From contig JBBQFN010000056.1 of assembly GCA_038321985.1 (NCBI GenBank), forward strand, positions 1-19,250: 19,250 nt of DNA. Direction: 5' to 3'. The notes under the pieces were generated by a model. It saw nothing but the letters and a program-made list of their open reading frames with translations, did not search any database and was not told where the DNA came from. The position numbers and the translations under genes were made by a program. Below, in pieces: positions 16,407 through 19,250 of the stretch. How positions within the stretch are numbered: position 1 is the first letter of the stretch; each line of letters starts with the position of its first letter. The DNA is from Cyanophyceae cyanobacterium. GTDB taxonomy: Bacteria > Cyanobacteriota > Cyanobacteriia > Cyanobacteriales > Laspinemataceae.

Positions 16407-17249
16407 TCAAGAAATCGCGATCGCCTCCGTCGTCATTTCTGGACCCTCCAAACTACTGTCCTCCGGAATATGTTCCATCAAAATCTCCATTTTATTCAAA
16501 ACAATATCCCCAAAAATCGTAGCAAAAGCAACATCCGAAGCATCTCGGCCCGTAGCAATTCTAACAATGCCATTTTGAGGCGCTAACCGAGTCGCATCAA
16601 ACAAATACCAACGCCCTCCCAAATACGCCTCAAAACAAGCATGAAAATCCGGGGGATTTAACCCATAAGCATATCCCGCAACACATCGCGCTGGAATATT
16701 CAAGGCACGACAAAAAGTAATAGCTAAATGAGCAAAGTCCCGACAAACCCCGATTCGTTCCGTTGCCGTATCAAATGCCGAAGTATGGGGATTTGTGGTG
16801 CCATATTGATAAATCACCTTTTCATAAATCCAATTACAAATTGCCGTCACCCTAGAATAGCCGGTGGTCAATTCTCCAAATTCAGAAAGCGCCAAATTAC
16901 TCAGGCGATCGGACTCACAATACCGACTAGGGTAAAGATAGTGGAACGTCTCTACAGGTAAATCGGCTGGGGGCACTTCAGCAATCGTATTGGCATCTCC
17001 ATAAAAGGGCGTCATCTCTACCGTTGCCTGATAGAAAACATTCAAGTTCGTACCGCCGGGGACATTCACTCGGAAATAGCGATTTTCCCCCATGGGTGCA
17101 ATATACTCATCTAAATGAATATGCGGATCGATGATTAATTGTTCACTCAGTATTTTCTGGCAATCCGTCTCGACAACGCGGATATTAAACACAAATGTAC
17201 TGAGAGATTCGATATTATAATTAAGAGTACACCCTAGTTTGAATTTCAT
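16407..17249 (-). CDS. Transglutaminase-like putative cysteine protease
   Basis: Catalytic triad motifs GVCRDFAHL, DFHACFE, YLFDAT. Also YLYPSRYCESD and ATGRDASDV, plus an N-terminal beta domain. Confidence 0.9.
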   Translation of the reverse strand: MKFKLGCTLNYNIESLSTFVFNIRVVETDCQKILSEQLIIDPHIHLDEYIAPMGENRYFRVNVPGGTNLNVFYQATVEMTPFYGDANTIAEVPPADLPVETFHYLYPSRYCESDRLSNLALSEFGELTTGYSRVTAICNWIYEKVIYQYGTTNPHTSAFDTATERIGVCRDFAHLAITFCRALNIPARCVAGYAYGLNPPDFHACFEAYLGGRWYLFDATRLAPQNGIVRIATGRDASDVAFATIFGDIVLNKMEILMEHIPEDSSLEGPEMTTEAIAIS

Positions 17250-17539
17250 AGACTTTGAACCGGGGATTGGGTAGAGTTGAAGTTAATTTTAGCATAATTT
17301 GGAGAGAGGGGGGTTCGGCTTCTTGGAGAAAGAGCATTTTGCTCGCTATCGACCTAGCGCTAGGGCTACTTTATCAGTCCGGTAACCGCTATCTTGCGCT
17401 GACGCAATTCTCCGGGACGAATTAACGCACCATCAAGGTTAATTTCCTCCTAATTGTTCGGAAAAAGGGTTTGGTAATATTTCAGTTGGGAGAATTTTCT
17501 ACCTGACTATTGACCCTTTATTTAGGGAGTAATTCTTGA

Positions 17540-19250
17540 TTAATAATGTTGTTGGGGTCTAGCCAAATTCTTAAACTTCGTAAACTGCGGGTCAAATAGC
17601 AACTTAATCGTCCCGGTTGGTCCATTCCGATGTTTGGTAATAATCACTTCCGCAATTCCCCGGTCAGGGGTATCCGGATTATAATACTCTTCACGATAGA
17701 GCATGACTACAATATCTGAGTCCTGTTCGATCGAACCTGATTCCCGTAGATCTGACATCATGGGACGCTTATTTGTTCGAGCTTCTACCCCGCGACTCAG
17801 TTGAGATAAAGTAATAATGGGGACATTTAATTCCCTCGCTAATTGTTTCAATCCTCGGGTAATTCTTGATAACTCTTGTACCCGATTATCCGGGGTGCTT
17901 CCTTCCATCAACTGCAAGTAATCCAGCAGGATTAATCCCATTTTTCCCCCTTGTTCAGCTTGCAGTCGCCGACATTTTGAGCGAATTTCAGTAATGGTAA
18001 TATTGGGGGTATCGTCAATAAATAAGGGTAACTCTGAGAGATTTCCGATCGCAATACTTAAGGCTTCCCATTCATTCTGTGCAATCCGTCCCGATCGCAG
18101 TCGGTTACTCTCAATTCCCGCTTCCCCAGACAGCATCCGTTGCACCAGTTGTTCCTTGGACATTTCTAGGCTGAATACCGCCACGGGTAATTTATGGAAT
18201 TCCGCAATATTCCGCCCGAGATTTAAGGCAAAACTGGTATTATGAACGCAAATATCATTTGCTACAAAGTTATGGGTTTCGGGAATAGTTAAGTCATAAA
18301 CCTGCTGTTCTCCCATGAATTCAATAGCGACAATTTCATCCCAATACACTTCACTGGTTGCCAGTTGCTGAAGCGGCAGGCTTTCTAAAGCAGTGGCTAA
18401 AATCCAGAGTCTTTCCCGAGACAGGGCGTGTTTGCCGACATGGATATTACTATAGCCTTGAATGCCAGCGCGTTGGGCTAAAACAGACCAAGGTTCCTCC
18501 CCTTTCGCCGCCGCCAGTTGTTCCCAAATTTCTACAGGAATTAAGTCGCGGTTGACGTGATATTTCCGAGTATTTAAAACTTCGGCAACCTTGGCGATCG
18601 CTGCTTCTTTACCAAAAATGCCAATTTCGGCAATAAAAGTTTTAATCGATTCCGCTTCCGTAATATCCAGTTGCCAAGCTGGGTTACGGCTATTTTTATA
18701 GCTCACGGACCGCGATTTGAGGGCCGCAATAATTCCAAATCTGAGTAACAAATGTTGCACGTGTCGCGCCAGTTTTTCGCTAACCGTACAAAAGCCTAAT
18801 TGAGCTTGTCCACTAGCGAGAACCGACGCCCATCCATCGGTCGCAAACAGGCGATTGAGGAACAGCGCAATCAGCGATCGGTTTAACTTAAATACAATGG
18901 GCGGCACAGTTTTCTGATGAGCCTTTTTTCCCCATAGTCCTAACTCTTTTAGCCATAAAGTTAAGGAATTTTCAGTCTTATCGTCCCTCCCATAGTGGGT
19001 TTTTACAAAACTCAGATTCCCAAAGGGGGTGACAGATTGTTCATAGTCCTTCAAAATAGCCGGATTGCTATTCATAAAGCAGGGGTTATTTCCAGTCAAA
19101 CACCCATCCCCAATCAAATATCCCAATAGCTTAACTTGATATTCAGGCAGGGTTTCGGTCCCAAATACTTCTAGTTTCCGAGGGACAGCAATGCGATCGC
19201 CCACTTGGAGTTCCGAAAGCCTTCGCCACCCTTTTATCGTCAGATAAGGA
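17540..19250 (-). CDS. dnaB: Replicative DNA helicase DnaB, intein-containing (5' part beyond the window's right edge)
   Basis: C-extein motifs FSLEMS, LILLDYLQLM, LSQLSRGVE, RPMMSDLRESGSIEQDSD, KHRNGPTG. The frame stays open to the window edge. Confidence 0.97.
   Translation of the reverse strand, partial: PYLTIKGWRRLSELQVGDRIAVPRKLEVFGTETLPEYQVKLLGYLIGDGCLTGNNPCFMNSNPAILKDYEQSVTPFGNLSFVKTHYGRDDKTENSLTLWLKELGLWGKKAHQKTVPPIVFKLNRSLIALFLNRLFATDGWASVLASGQAQLGFCTVSEKLARHVQHLLLRFGIIAALKSRSVSYKNSRNPAWQLDITEAESIKTFIAEIGIFGKEAAIAKVAEVLNTRKYHVNRDLIPVEIWEQLAAAKGEEPWSVLAQRAGIQGYSNIHVGKHALSRERLWILATALESLPLQQLATSEVYWDEIVAIEFMGEQQVYDLTIPETHNFVANDICVHNTSFALNLGRNIAEFHKLPVAVFSLEMSKEQLVQRMLSGEAGIESNRLRSGRIAQNEWEALSIAIGNLSELPLFIDDTPNITITEIRSKCRRLQAEQGGKMGLILLDYLQLMEGSTPDNRVQELSRITRGLKQLARELNVPIITLSQLSRGVEARTNKRPMMSDLRESGSIEQDSDIVVMLYREEYYNPDTPDRGIAEVIITKHRNGPTGTIKLLFDPQFTKFKNLARPQQHY
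18239..19250 (-). mobile_element. Intein with LAGLIDADG homing endonuclease in DnaB (partial)
   Basis: Block B tail PYLTIKGW at the edge, block C LLGYLIGDG, block E FLNRLFATDG, block H SEKLARHVQHLLLRFGI, block F VYDLTIPETHNFVAN, block G CVHN followed by Thr+1 (18238-18236). Confidence 0.95.

Larger units (their letters stand above)
1191..19200. repeat. Dispersed HIP1 octamers (GCGATCGC)
   Basis: About 20 or more copies by eye, e.g. 1191, 2030, 3033, 11156, 11521, 11831, 18594, 19193. None seen in 1-1190. Confidence 0.9.

Noticed and set aside
17250..17539. Mini-ORFs between dnaB and the transglutaminase gene (AGGAGG followed by TTG ATG GTG CGT TAA on the minus strand; a 28-codon TTG ORF on the plus strand)
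   Set aside because: Too short to distinguish from chance without conservation data.

Overview
Cyanobacterial chromosomal DNA: the HIP1 octamer GCGATCGC occurs roughly once per kb, and the gene content suggests a filamentous Oscillatoriales-type genome. The AT-rich left edge (1-~830) is accessory. It holds the right end of an ISL3-family element inserted into a Dam-like adenine methyltransferase gene, followed by a ~100-bp MITE. The rest is host-like: cruG, two small hypothetical genes around a structured 780-bp intergenic region, a CPA1 cation/H+ antiporter with an RCK domain, an alpha/beta hydrolase, cobI, and a TonB/TolA-like protein with a 45-bp tandem repeat. A minus-strand run follows: intein-containing dnaB, a transglutaminase-like gene, an Sfp-type PPTase, a secreted beta-helix protein, recR, and a MotA/MotB-type ion-motor pair. 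The most notable items are (1) a stand-alone ZorA/ZorB-like motor with a long helical tail and no Zorya effector genes, convergent with a TonB/TolA-like gene that has no neighbouring exbBD/tolQR; (2) recR apparently starting at a non-canonical GTT codon; (3) the IS-inactivated methyltransferase. All family assignments come from motif recognition by eye; no searches were run.
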